A DNA stretch of 64,000 bases. It comes from an uncultured Gammaproteobacteria bacterium. GTDB lineage: Bacteria > Patescibacteriota > Patescibacteriia > UBA9934. Location of the stretch: the NCBI GenBank assembly GCA_964613815.1, contig CAZTKG010000001.1:200895-264894 (forward strand), read 5' to 3'. The position numbers and the translations under genes were made by a program. Under the pieces are notes generated by a model, which was not told the DNA's origin, made no database searches, and worked only from the letters and a program-made list of their open reading frames with translations. Positions 48,495 to 58,970 of the stretch are shown here, in pieces (within the stretch, counting starts at the first letter, position 1; every line of letters begins with the position of its first letter).

Positions 48495-51149
48495 TTACAG
48501 CTCTGGAGCTTTTTCGATGGTGATCCCGCCACCTTCCTGGAGAATAATTGCATCTCGTCTCTCGACCTTTCCGCCTAGAATTTCTTCCGCGATTGCGTTT
48601 TCGATCGTCTCTTGAACGACACGTCTGAGTGGACGGGCGCCAAATTTTGGATCGTATCCCTTTTTTGCGAGTTCGATCACAGCTGGCTCTGATGCCTTGA
48701 AGTCGATTCCCTTTTCTTCTAGGCGCTTTGTGACTTTCTTGATCATGATTCTGGCGATAGCGATGATATTTTCCTGCGTGAGCGGCTTGAAGACCACAAT
48801 GCCGTCAAATCGGTTGAGGAACTCTGGCCTGTAGACCTCTTTGAGCTCCTGCTCCATGAGATGCTGCTTGATGGTTTCTGACGGCGTACCTTTTGAGACC
48901 TCGTCTTGGATGTAGGATGTTCCCGCATTTGAGGTCGCGATGAGAATCACGTTTGTGAAGTCGATTGTGTGCCCCAGGCCATCTGTGAGACGGCCGTCAT
49001 CCATGACCTGCAAGAAGAGGTTGAGGATGTCAGAATGCGCCTTCTCAAGCTCATCGAGCAGCACGAGAGCGAACGGGTTTTTGCGCACAGCCTCTGTGAG
49101 TTGACCGGGTTCGCCTGCAGATCCAATGAGGCGCTCGATTGAGGCCTTATCTTGATATTCTGACATGTCAAAACGAAGCATTGACTCTTCGTCTCCAAAG
49201 TAGACCTCTGCCGTCGCCTTAGCTGTCTCTGTTTTCCCGACACCTGTTGGTCCAAGAAAGAGGAAGTTGGCAATTGGACGTTTTTCTGATCGGAGCTCCA
49301 CTCGGGCACGGCGGAGCGCAGCCGCGATTGCGCCCACGGCCTCATCTTGACCAATGACACGTTCGTGAATCTTTGCCTCGAGATTGAGCATCTTCTCACC
49401 CTCATCCTCTGTGACATCTGTTACTTTGACGTGTGTTTTTTGGTTGATAATTGTCGCCACGTCTTGTTTTGCTATACGCGCCCATTCTTGACCGCGCTTT
49501 GCCACGTCATGCGCGACCTCTTTTGCAAGGAGCATCGCCTTTTCTGGAAGGAAGCTTTCGTGCATGTATCGGTCGGAAAACTCCACAATCGCGCGTAAAG
49601 ACTCGTACGTGAAAACAACGTTGTTTTGATGCTCGATGCCGCCGACTCGTGACTGGAGAACGTAGATTGCATTTTCGTGACTCGGCTCTTCGACGATGAT
49701 CTTTTCGAATGTTTTACCAATGACGCCGCGTTCGATGGATTTTGTGTAGGCCTCTGGCGTTGTTGTGGCGATGACGAATGTGTACCCCTTTTCCAATTCT
49801 GAGGCGAGCGCTGCGGAAAGATCTGCCCCGTGTGACCCATCTGCAACTTGCTCGAGACTGTCGATAATGAGCACGATATTTCCCGATCTACCGACTTCTT
49901 GCATCGTGTACAGCAAGCGCTCTTCTGCACCCTGCCCCCCTGATGCACTTGCGATGTGCGGGATGGAGATTCGAATGAGTCTCTTGTCTTTGAGGATTTC
50001 CGGGACACGCTCCTCCGCCATGAGCTCCGCGATTCCGCCGATAATTGCACCTTTTCCTGTTCCTGATTCACCGACGAGCACAACGCTTTTATTTCCCCCC
50101 TCGATCGCGCGCATGATTTGTTCGATTTCTGACTCTCTCCCGATGAGCATTGGGATGCCGCCTTTCACTGCCTTTACGGTAAGATCTTCGGAGACACTGT
50201 CGAGGAATGGCGTTGCAACTGATGTGTAGGCTTTGTTCATGGTCCCTGTAGCCTTGAAGGCGGCTGCGTGACGGCTGTCTTCGTAGCGCTCTTTTAGCCG
50301 GTCCTGGATCCGGACCCATTCGACGCAATACTTCATGTCTTCTTCCTCAATCTTGAGATCAAATAAGAGCTCTTTGATGAAGTCGTCTGCTTTGTAGGCG
50401 CAGTAGATGATGTCGATAGCTCCAACGCGCCTTCGTTTGGATGCAAGAGCGTCCGAAAGTGCGCAAGCGATGACCTGCTGCGCGTCTGCTCCGAAGACAG
50501 TGCTTCCCTGGGGAGACTCTGTGAGGCGACGTTTTATGGGCTCTTTGAGGTCATTAAAACTGATGCCTAGTCGCATAAAAAGACCAGCGACCGCTGAGGA
50601 CTCTAGAGCTCCAGAAAACAGATGAATTGGGAGCGTGCGTGCGTGACCGCTTTGTTTTGCGAGCGCGAACGCGGACTCTACGGATTTGATGCCGTCCTCC
50701 GAGAGGAGACGGATGATGTTTTTCTTTTTTTCGACGACATCTATCGATGGGATTGATACTGGCTTAATGACTGCGCCCTCAGCCGGTGTAGGCATCTTGA
50801 TATACCCGGTCTTTTTTTGGAATGCCCTGTAGAACAGGAAGCATGCGAGCGCGATCGCTATCCAAAGCAGTGAAACGCGGGGAGTTGGCATGCTCCAGGA
50901 GAGGTTTGCGAGCTCGTTTTGGCCGCCTGAGATTGAAAGCCAGCCATATCCGAGGACTGCTCCCGCTAATGCTAGAGCCGATGCGATGTTGATAAGACCA
51001 TTTGCCCACTTCTTCGCTTTTCTTCGCGAGATTCCTCCGGTTGAAAGTTCTTTTTTCCAATACCAAAACACGCCGTTTATGGAAACGCCCCAAATTCCAG
51101 ATGTGGATGATTTTTTTGGAGGCTGTTTGCTTTTTAGGAGATCTTCCAT
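48495..51149 (-). CDS. Clp/Hsp100 AAA+ chaperone (ClpC/ClpB-type, two nucleotide-binding domains) with predicted N-terminal membrane anchor
   Basis: NBD1 VLVGESGTGKG, NBD2 FLGPTGVGKTE plus sensor motifs. Short middle region. N-terminal about 110 aa contain two hydrophobic helices. Confidence 0.88.
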   Translation of the reverse strand: MEDLLKSKQPPKKSSTSGIWGVSINGVFWYWKKELSTGGISRRKAKKWANGLINIASALALAGAVLGYGWLSISGGQNELANLSWSMPTPRVSLLWIAIALACFLFYRAFQKKTGYIKMPTPAEGAVIKPVSIPSIDVVEKKKNIIRLLSEDGIKSVESAFALAKQSGHARTLPIHLFSGALESSAVAGLFMRLGISFNDLKEPIKRRLTESPQGSTVFGADAQQVIACALSDALASKRRRVGAIDIIYCAYKADDFIKELLFDLKIEEEDMKYCVEWVRIQDRLKERYEDSRHAAAFKATGTMNKAYTSVATPFLDSVSEDLTVKAVKGGIPMLIGRESEIEQIMRAIEGGNKSVVLVGESGTGKGAIIGGIAELMAEERVPEILKDKRLIRISIPHIASASGGQGAEERLLYTMQEVGRSGNIVLIIDSLEQVADGSHGADLSAALASELEKGYTFVIATTTPEAYTKSIERGVIGKTFEKIIVEEPSHENAIYVLQSRVGGIEHQNNVVFTYESLRAIVEFSDRYMHESFLPEKAMLLAKEVAHDVAKRGQEWARIAKQDVATIINQKTHVKVTDVTEDEGEKMLNLEAKIHERVIGQDEAVGAIAAALRRARVELRSEKRPIANFLFLGPTGVGKTETAKATAEVYFGDEESMLRFDMSEYQDKASIERLIGSAGEPGQLTEAVRKNPFALVLLDELEKAHSDILNLFLQVMDDGRLTDGLGHTIDFTNVILIATSNAGTSYIQDEVSKGTPSETIKQHLMEQELKEVYRPEFLNRFDGIVVFKPLTQENIIAIARIMIKKVTKRLEEKGIDFKASEPAVIELAKKGYDPKFGARPLRRVVQETIENAIAEEILGGKVERRDAIILQEGGGITIEKAPEL

Positions 51150-51152
51150 ATG

Positions 51153-51524
51153 TTAAAACCAACCGCCGACCCCGTGGTAGGCAATACTTGCCAGTGCAAC
51201 AACAGGGAGTGTGACGTAACAAATCATGATAAGGATGACGAGGACGATCCAGAGCGCAACGCCGATGCTGCGAACAACGATTTGGAAGAGACGGACGAAG
51301 AAGCTGATAATGCGACTTTGCCAATCGCGCATGCCGAACATGGGGACAAAAAGATTTTTGATCCAGACCCCGAGTGAGATAGATTTGGCGTACATTGTAA
51401 TGGAGCGAAGCGCCCATTTGCCGACCATAGCGAGACCCTGGGTGTACCACCAAATTGGCCACCGAATGATGGCTAATGCGGAGTCTGTGATAATGTATCG
51501 CAGCATTTCTAGAAAAGCGTGCAT
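51153..51524 (-). CDS. Hypothetical membrane protein
   Basis: 123 aa with 3 predicted TM helices. Confidence 0.4.
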   Translation of the reverse strand: MHAFLEMLRYIITDSALAIIRWPIWWYTQGLAMVGKWALRSITMYAKSISLGVWIKNLFVPMFGMRDWQSRIISFFVRLFQIVVRSIGVALWIVLVILIMICYVTLPVVALASIAYHGVGGWF

Positions 51525-51541
51525 ATGCTGCGTTTAGTATA

Positions 51542-52039
51542 TCATGTGGACGAGCCCGAACGATGCATTGCGAGTTCGTGTGCGGTGATCTTGTCGTTGA
51601 TGAGACGTACATATTTTTGATCCTGACCGCTCACTGTCTCATCTATTCTTTTTATTGTCGCGTTCATGGTCGCCATATCTTGGTCTATTTTCCCCGCCCA
51701 TGTTTGAATGCATTCGTAGATCTCTTTTTTTGCCATATCGACCGTCACATAGATTTCTGCTCTGAGCTCTGTTTTGATTCTGGCCTCAGAAGCCTCTATT
51801 GCTTCAGTGATATCTCTGCCTAGCTCTGTTTTTAGCTCTGTCTTTAGCCTACATTCAGACGCAGCGATCGCATCTAATACCTCTGCCTTGAGTTCAGTCC
51901 GCGATGCCTTGATCGCGTCTAGCACTTCTGCCTTGAGTTCAGTCCGCGATGCCTTGATCGCGTCTAATACCTCTACCTTGAGGCCGGCCCGTGATGCACC
52001 GATTGCACCTAAAATTTCTAACTTGTCGCTTTGTGTCAT
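51542..52039 (-). CDS. Hypothetical coiled-coil protein with 15-aa tandem repeats (EVLDAIKASRTELKA)
   Basis: 165 aa; DNA shows about 3 copies of a 45-bp tandem repeat at roughly 51838-51975. Confidence 0.45.
   Translation of the reverse strand: MTQSDKLEILGAIGASRAGLKVEVLDAIKASRTELKAEVLDAIKASRTELKAEVLDAIAASECRLKTELKTELGRDITEAIEASEARIKTELRAEIYVTVDMAKKEIYECIQTWAGKIDQDMATMNATIKRIDETVSGQDQKYVRLINDKITAHELAMHRSGSST
51838..51975. repeat. 45-bp tandem repeat (about 3 copies) inside the coiled-coil gene
   Basis: ctgccttgagttcagtccgcgatgccttgatcgcgtctagcactt repeated with 2-3 substitutions. Confidence 0.7.
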
Positions 52040-52191
52040 AAAAACTTGCTACGATTTAGAATGGGATCTATATCGCATCAACTAAAAACACTCTGAAGTC
52101 GTGGCTTAGAGTGTTTTTCTCTGGCTAGGAGAGATGTGATAATTATAGTTTTTCATCCTGACCCTCGATCGTCAATGATGACTGTGGACAT

Positions 52192-53478
<1,287 letters not shown>

Positions 53479-54078
53479 CTAGCCAGCGAGAAGGCGGCGG
53501 ATCTCGGCGAGGACGGAGGCCGTCTTGTGTTCGAAGCCGCCGTCGCAGGTGACCCGGATTGCTCCTGCGCCCTTGTACACGTCCCATGTTCGCTCGTTCA
53601 ATGCCAGAGCGTACTCTGGCGTTTTCTCGAAGCGGTGTTCGTTGCCATCTGTTCGATTCCAGTCTTCAGGATAGGTATCGAGGAAGATGATCGCATCGTA
53701 CTCCGCAAGGATCGCCTCACGGTCGTACGGCCGCCTGATGAGTCCCTCGATGTAGCCAGGAGGAACGTACGCCTCCCCATCGAGCGGGCTGCGGTCAAGG
53801 ACGATCATCCTGATGCCGCCTTGAATTTCGGCGAGGCGCCTGTGAGCTGGGAGTATTTGCTCTCCGACGATAAATACCGCTGTCTGGAAGGCGTCGAGCA
53901 ATGCCTGGTCTGGCGGATTGCCGTAGCCCGGGAATCCGCCGTCGAGAAGGATGCCGGCTGCCTCGGGAGCGATGAGGACCTGACTGCCGAATTCTTCCCT
54001 GATCATGCGGAGAATGGTCGATTTTCCGCTGCGTGGGCCGCCTGTGATAAGGACGATGATGTATGAAGTGACTGTCAC
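53479..54078 (-). CDS. P-loop NTPase / predicted kinase (AAA_28-like)
   Basis: 199 aa; Walker A ITGGPRSGKST near the N-terminus, size and layout of small nucleoside/nucleotide-kinase-like ATPases. Confidence 0.55.
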   Translation of the reverse strand: MTVTSYIIVLITGGPRSGKSTILRMIREEFGSQVLIAPEAAGILLDGGFPGYGNPPDQALLDAFQTAVFIVGEQILPAHRRLAEIQGGIRMIVLDRSPLDGEAYVPPGYIEGLIRRPYDREAILAEYDAIIFLDTYPEDWNRTDGNEHRFEKTPEYALALNERTWDVYKGAGAIRVTCDGGFEHKTASVLAEIRRLLAG

Positions 54079-54161
54079 TTTACCTCCAAAGAACGGAGGG
54101 ATGGTACCGATTATTGATATTTCTGTAAAGAAAAATCCGCGAACGAGTCGCGGGTGAGCTG

Positions 54162-54623
54162 CTACGCGGGAGCGTATCCAGCAGTGTCAAAGCAGGCGGG
54201 AACGATGCTGAGCTCGAGGCTGGGGTCCTCGGCGAGAAGGTCGCCGACAGGCCGATCTGTCTGACTGTCGATGAACGGAGCGGCGATTTCGACTTCGCCG
54301 TCCGCATCGCGCTCGTTCTGACCGTAGTCGAAGGTGATCTGCCGATCCTTGTGAATCCACCTGATCGCGACCAGATTGCGCCCATCGACGCATACGGTAG
54401 GCCTTCGACCGTTGTGGTTGGTGAAGCGACCGAAGTCGTCTTCTACGTGGATCGGCCCTTTGTCGTCGCAGCCGATCTGGATGGATGTACGAGTCCGCTG
54501 ACGCGTAGCTGACCCATTCATCGCATGGACGATCTCGCCCACGCGGAAGGACCTCGCTGCGAACAGCGCCATCCCATCTCCAGTCTCGACTGCGAAAACG
54601 TTTCCTTCTGCATCTTTGATCAC
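54162..54623 (-). CDS. SET-domain protein (putative protein-lysine methyltransferase)
   Basis: 153 aa; GRFTNHNGRRPT (NHSC-like) and ITFDYG (ELxFDY-like) motifs characteristic of SET domains. GC-rich codon usage. Confidence 0.55.
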   Translation of the reverse strand: MIKDAEGNVFAVETGDGMALFAARSFRVGEIVHAMNGSATRQRTRTSIQIGCDDKGPIHVEDDFGRFTNHNGRRPTVCVDGRNLVAIRWIHKDRQITFDYGQNERDADGEVEIAAPFIDSQTDRPVGDLLAEDPSLELSIVPACFDTAGYAPA

Positions 54624-54715
54624 ATGCCCTCCTTGGCAAAGAACTGTGGGAGAATATCAGCTCCTGCGATTCTTGTCAATCCTTTTCTGACAAGCGGGTT
54701 CGTGGTACGAATAAG

Positions 54716-55303
54716 ATGTTCATTCCGGAGGCTTTCATGCCAATCTTTCTCTTCTTCGTCTTCCTTGGGCTCGTGTTCTACCTTGGCCTACTTGGCTACC
54801 ATGCCATTGATGAGCAACATAAGGTCGGCCTCCCTGTCTCGCTTTGCATCGTGCTTTTTTCTGCGACCAGCATTGAAATCTCTGGGCTCTCTACTCAGAG
54901 CCGCGTCGTCGCTATCTTGCTCTTCCTGCTTTTGCTTTGCTGGTTTGGCTGGTCAGCCCTTGCTTCGCTCTGTACGCGCAGCGGTGCGCAAGAAGGCTTT
55001 TTCGAGATTCTTCTTGTCGGAATCTGTGCGATGCAAATCCTCGTCAATGACCTTTCTTGGCAGCATCTTGCGATGTCGATTCTTACCTTCTCAACGCAGG
55101 TTATCGAAGCGCGTAATATTCGCCGTGATGGGCGTGATGGGTACAAGATGTTCTGGATCGTTTTGTGTTTTATCCATCTTCTCTTTGCCATGCATCTCCT
55201 GCCGCAATATCCGCAGATTGGCTGGCTCTATGCGTTCTCGATTGGCCTTGCCGGCGTTCTTGGTCCGCTCATTATTGCCCTCAGCACTCCTCGTAGACCT
55301 TAA
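54716..55303 (+). CDS. Hypothetical membrane protein
   Basis: 195 aa, 5-6 hydrophobic helices. Confidence 0.45.
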   Translation: MFIPEAFMPIFLFFVFLGLVFYLGLLGYHAIDEQHKVGLPVSLCIVLFSATSIEISGLSTQSRVVAILLFLLLLCWFGWSALASLCTRSGAQEGFFEILLVGICAMQILVNDLSWQHLAMSILTFSTQVIEARNIRRDGRDGYKMFWIVLCFIHLLFAMHLLPQYPQIGWLYAFSIGLAGVLGPLIIALSTPRRP

Positions 55304-55374
55304 CTGCACAGCCATACCTGATGCGGTTTTTTTATATGCAAAAACCGAGCGTGTGCTCGGTTTTTGATGACTCT

Positions 55375-57339
55375 CTATGCTGAGAGCGGATCGTTTCCTG
55401 TGAGGATCTCCGTGTAATCGTCGTACACATCCCCGTCTGTGTCTTCGTTGTTTGGATCAGTTCCGTACCGTGCCTCTTGGCCGTTCGTGAGACCGTCGCC
55501 ATCGTTGTCGGCGGTCCCACTATCTGTTAGTTCCCAGCGGTTTTTGAGGAGCGTTGAATCTACATCCATGTCAGTGATATCCGTGATCGCGTTCCCTGAG
55601 TAGAACTTACTGAAGTAGGTTGGCTGTACGTCGATGACGTATGCCGCCCAGTCCTCGCCCCAGAGTGCAATCGCGATCTCTTCTGTGCTTACCCATCGCA
55701 TTCGCGGCTTGAAGTCGTCTGAGCTCTGCTCTAATGCGTAGACCTTTGGATCACTTTGAACCTTGATGAGTAGTGACCCCGCCTTTGGAACCATGAGACC
55801 TTCTAGAGTTAGCGCTGAGAGCGTTGCATCTGTGACTTCTTGCACTTCGCTGAATGAGTCTGCCCATGAGAAGTAGCTGTTTTCGTCCATGAATACGCGC
55901 CGTCCGCAGTTCTCTGTGATGTAGTAGACGGATGGGAAATTTGTGCTCTTTACGTATGCTCCGACTGATACTTCTGTAATCTCTTCTTCTTCGCCGGTGA
56001 GTGGGGATGTTCCAGTTCCACTTGGCATTTCGCAGGCTACTGTCGTTGTATCTTCGTCGGTGGTCGTCGTTGAGGTTGATCCGCCTCCGCCGCCTCCTCC
56101 GCCGCCTCCTCCGCCTCCGCTTGAGGTTGTGCCGCTATCTGTTGAAGGAGTTGATGCCGCCTGGAAGGTATCCGCTGATACGTCATCATCTTCGTCAATC
56201 GTGAGATCTGCCGCGTCTGTTGTTTTGATTTCGTAAGTTCCGTCAACTCCAGCGGTTGCTGGGTTTATTATTCCGTCGATCGTGCAAGTTTCTGCCGCAG
56301 CTGACTCGTTTGTTCCCCCAGATCGCGTGATTGTAACTACCTGGCCAGATACCGCTGTTGCGAAGTCTCCATCTACTGTTGAACATGTCGCGTCACTTGC
56401 ACCGCTTACATCGAATACACTTGAGTAGGTTACAACGATTTTCCCGTCTGATGGGATTCCTGTCACCGTCGTGAAGCTGACCGTGTTTTGCTGTGTTTGA
56501 CTCACGATGAGTGTCGCAGGCTGAACGTTTGTACTGGCGAGCGTGCCGATCGTTCTCGTTACCGCAAAGTCGGATAAGGCCGTTGTCGTGAATGAACATG
56601 CGCTGCTCGCGACTGTGCAATTTGAGCCGAGGTCGGTCCATGAACCCTCAGGTCCTCTGTTATAAATATCGAGCGACAAGCCATCATAGAATGCGTCTGT
56701 AACCGCCAGGCTGATTGTCACTGCCGTGTCCGATGATGTATCCGTGCCTTCGTGCCCGAAGTTTACATCCCCTAGAGGGACAAGCGTTGATGAGAGGGCC
56801 CCAGTCGATGCGCTGCCACTTGCTTCAAAACTCGTCCAATCTATGTTTGATGCTGCGGAAAATACCGATCCAGTTGGCACCAGCACCGTATCCGTCCCTG
56901 CCGTTGCCTGAAATGCGAAGTCAAATGTCATGGTTCCTGCCGCTGTGTGATCCGAGGTATTGAATCGTACAACACCTGATCGGTAAAGCTCATCAACGTC
57001 TGCCACTACGACTTCGAACCGCTCGTCGTCAGAGTCCCACGAAAGCCCGCCGCTGTTCCCTATGTCGTACCCTCGACCATACCCGTAGGCGAATGTGTCG
57101 AGATCGTCTCCACCGATTCGGCGACCAGCTGTGTCTCCACTGTCCCATCCGTAGCCTGATCCATACCCGTACCCATACCCGTAACCGAATGACGCGATGT
57201 CGTCGCCGGTCTGCCTGGCGAATTGCGCGTACATAGATGGCACGAATATGAATCCGACGATGAAAAGTATAAATGCAGCAAATGCGATTGCTGCTACTTT
57301 TTCTTCTCTCTGAAGAAAGCCCCTTTTACCCTCTCTCAT
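55375..57339 (-). CDS. Cell-surface protein with GYGYG repeats, a poly-Gly tract and C-terminal DxDxDG calcium-binding repeats
   Basis: Start at internal ATG 57339 (MREGKRG...); ORF track starts at 57408. N-terminal TM anchor, GYGYGYGSGYGW, (G)14 linker, C-terminal DNDGDGLTNGQE...DTDGDVYDD thrombospondin-type-3/dockerin-like repeats. Confidence 0.6.
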   Translation of the reverse strand: MREGKRGFLQREEKVAAIAFAAFILFIVGFIFVPSMYAQFARQTGDDIASFGYGYGYGYGSGYGWDSGDTAGRRIGGDDLDTFAYGYGRGYDIGNSGGLSWDSDDERFEVVVADVDELYRSGVVRFNTSDHTAAGTMTFDFAFQATAGTDTVLVPTGSVFSAASNIDWTSFEASGSASTGALSSTLVPLGDVNFGHEGTDTSSDTAVTISLAVTDAFYDGLSLDIYNRGPEGSWTDLGSNCTVASSACSFTTTALSDFAVTRTIGTLASTNVQPATLIVSQTQQNTVSFTTVTGIPSDGKIVVTYSSVFDVSGASDATCSTVDGDFATAVSGQVVTITRSGGTNESAAAETCTIDGIINPATAGVDGTYEIKTTDAADLTIDEDDDVSADTFQAASTPSTDSGTTSSGGGGGGGGGGGGGSTSTTTTDEDTTTVACEMPSGTGTSPLTGEEEEITEVSVGAYVKSTNFPSVYYITENCGRRVFMDENSYFSWADSFSEVQEVTDATLSALTLEGLMVPKAGSLLIKVQSDPKVYALEQSSDDFKPRMRWVSTEEIAIALWGEDWAAYVIDVQPTYFSKFYSGNAITDITDMDVDSTLLKNRWELTDSGTADNDGDGLTNGQEARYGTDPNNEDTDGDVYDDYTEILTGNDPLSA

Positions 57340-57441
57340 AATAAAATATTGTCTGTTTGATTGAAGTATACATGAGGGGCTCCTGATAGCCGCGGCGATT
57401 ATCCACACGGACGATCACGAGATGTATTAAGGTGTAGGCGT

Positions 57442-58968
57442 ATGACATTCATGAAAGGTAGACTTATTTGGATCGTGCTCAGCGTGATATTGAGTTTTGG
57501 ATTTATTTTGCGGGTTCATGACCTTGGGCATGACTCGCTTTGGATTGATGAGGGGTTTACGGTGAATGCGGCGCTCGAGACTTTGGAGAAGGGCTATCCC
57601 GAGCTTGATTCTGGACTTCTTTATAAACGCGGGATTGTGAGCACGTATTTAATTGCTGGATCCATTGGATTGTTTGGTGAGGGTCATGTGCCGAGTCGGA
57701 TGCCCAGTGTTTTGATCGGGACAGGGTTTATTGCGCTGATTTTTTTCTTTGCACGTACGTTATTTTCGACACCCGTTGCCCTTTATAGCTCGGCGCTGAT
57801 CGCGCTTTCGCATTTTTGCATTGCGTGGAGTCGGCAGGCGCGTATGTATATGAGTTTTGTGTTTTTGGTTTTTGCGGCGCTGTACGCGTTTTGGCTTTTG
57901 ATGGAGCGGTTTACGTGGTGGCGGCTTGGGGGGGTTTTGATTTTTACTGTTTTTGCCATTTTGGAACATTCGCTAGGACTCGTCTTGATTCCTGTGTTCT
58001 TTTTGATGGGAGCATTGAGTGCGTGGCTCCGGGCGCGCTCTTCTGGCCTGGGGCTCTTCACCTATGCGTCCACAGCTTTCAAATCTCAACTTCCTGATCA
58101 CGCTTCTCGTTTTGTCGTTCTGAGCCTTGTGTTCTTTTTGTTTGGGCTCCTGCTGAAGCTTGGGGTGCCATATATTGAGACTTCGCTGATCCCGCACGCG
58201 TTCGCTGTGAGCGATGTGTATCGACGATTTGTCCTGCAAAGCTATCTCGCTGCGCTCATCGGCGCTGGACTCGCGCTTTCCATTGCCCTTTTTCGTGAGC
58301 GAGACCATCGCCCCTTCTACTTCTTAGCACTTGCGTTTATTGTGCCGTTTTTGATCGTGAGTGTTGGGACGGATGTTTTTGCTGGGCGCTATTTGTTTGT
58401 GACGCTACCGACCCTGCTCGTTTTGACCGCGTATGCAATCTGGCAGACCTCGATTGCGCTATGGACCGAGGATCGACTTCGGGTTGCAGGATCGGTTTTG
58501 ATCACCGTCACCATTCTCTGGCTTGGAAACTTTTCCACAGGGCTTGCGTCATCTTACCGTCTTGAAATGCGAACACCGCAGCCGGACTTCTTTCGGGCGT
58601 ATGAAGCAATTAAAGCCTACGGCGCTTCTGATGAGAGTGTAATCATTTCTCCTTATACACAAATGGATCGCGTCTATCTTGGACAGACGGACTTTTGGCT
58701 GCCGATTTCTTATTCTGGAAAGGTTGATGAGATCGCTGGACAGATGACCTCGACGGGCCGACGCGATATTTATAACAACACGCCATTCATAGAGAACCTT
58801 GACCATTTACGTCGCATTGCTCAAAATGGAGATGGTTTTATTGTTCTAGATTCCATGGCCATGCACCGCGTGTCGCCGTTTTATCTCGACTATATCTTTG
58901 TTGAGTACGAGTTGATATTTCACGATCAAGGAGGGTCTTTACACGATATTTGGGTGTTTGAATTCTAG
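57442..58968 (+). CDS. GT-C fold membrane glycosyltransferase (PMT_2 / ArnT / family-39-like)
   Basis: 508 aa, about 11 TM; N-terminal HDSLWIDEGF and the first extracytoplasmic loop match dolichyl-phosphate-mannose-protein mannosyltransferase / ArnT-like enzymes. Confidence 0.75.
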   Translation: MTFMKGRLIWIVLSVILSFGFILRVHDLGHDSLWIDEGFTVNAALETLEKGYPELDSGLLYKRGIVSTYLIAGSIGLFGEGHVPSRMPSVLIGTGFIALIFFFARTLFSTPVALYSSALIALSHFCIAWSRQARMYMSFVFLVFAALYAFWLLMERFTWWRLGGVLIFTVFAILEHSLGLVLIPVFFLMGALSAWLRARSSGLGLFTYASTAFKSQLPDHASRFVVLSLVFFLFGLLLKLGVPYIETSLIPHAFAVSDVYRRFVLQSYLAALIGAGLALSIALFRERDHRPFYFLALAFIVPFLIVSVGTDVFAGRYLFVTLPTLLVLTAYAIWQTSIALWTEDRLRVAGSVLITVTILWLGNFSTGLASSYRLEMRTPQPDFFRAYEAIKAYGASDESVIISPYTQMDRVYLGQTDFWLPISYSGKVDEIAGQMTSTGRRDIYNNTPFIENLDHLRRIAQNGDGFIVLDSMAMHRVSPFYLDYIFVEYELIFHDQGGSLHDIWVFEF

Positions 58969-58970
58969 CT

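Noticed and set aside
54080-54639. ORFs 54080..54385 and 54187..54639 overlapping the SET-domain gene
   Set aside because: Alternative frames of the same GC-rich DNA with Arg-rich nonsense translation; the SET frame carries recognisable motifs.
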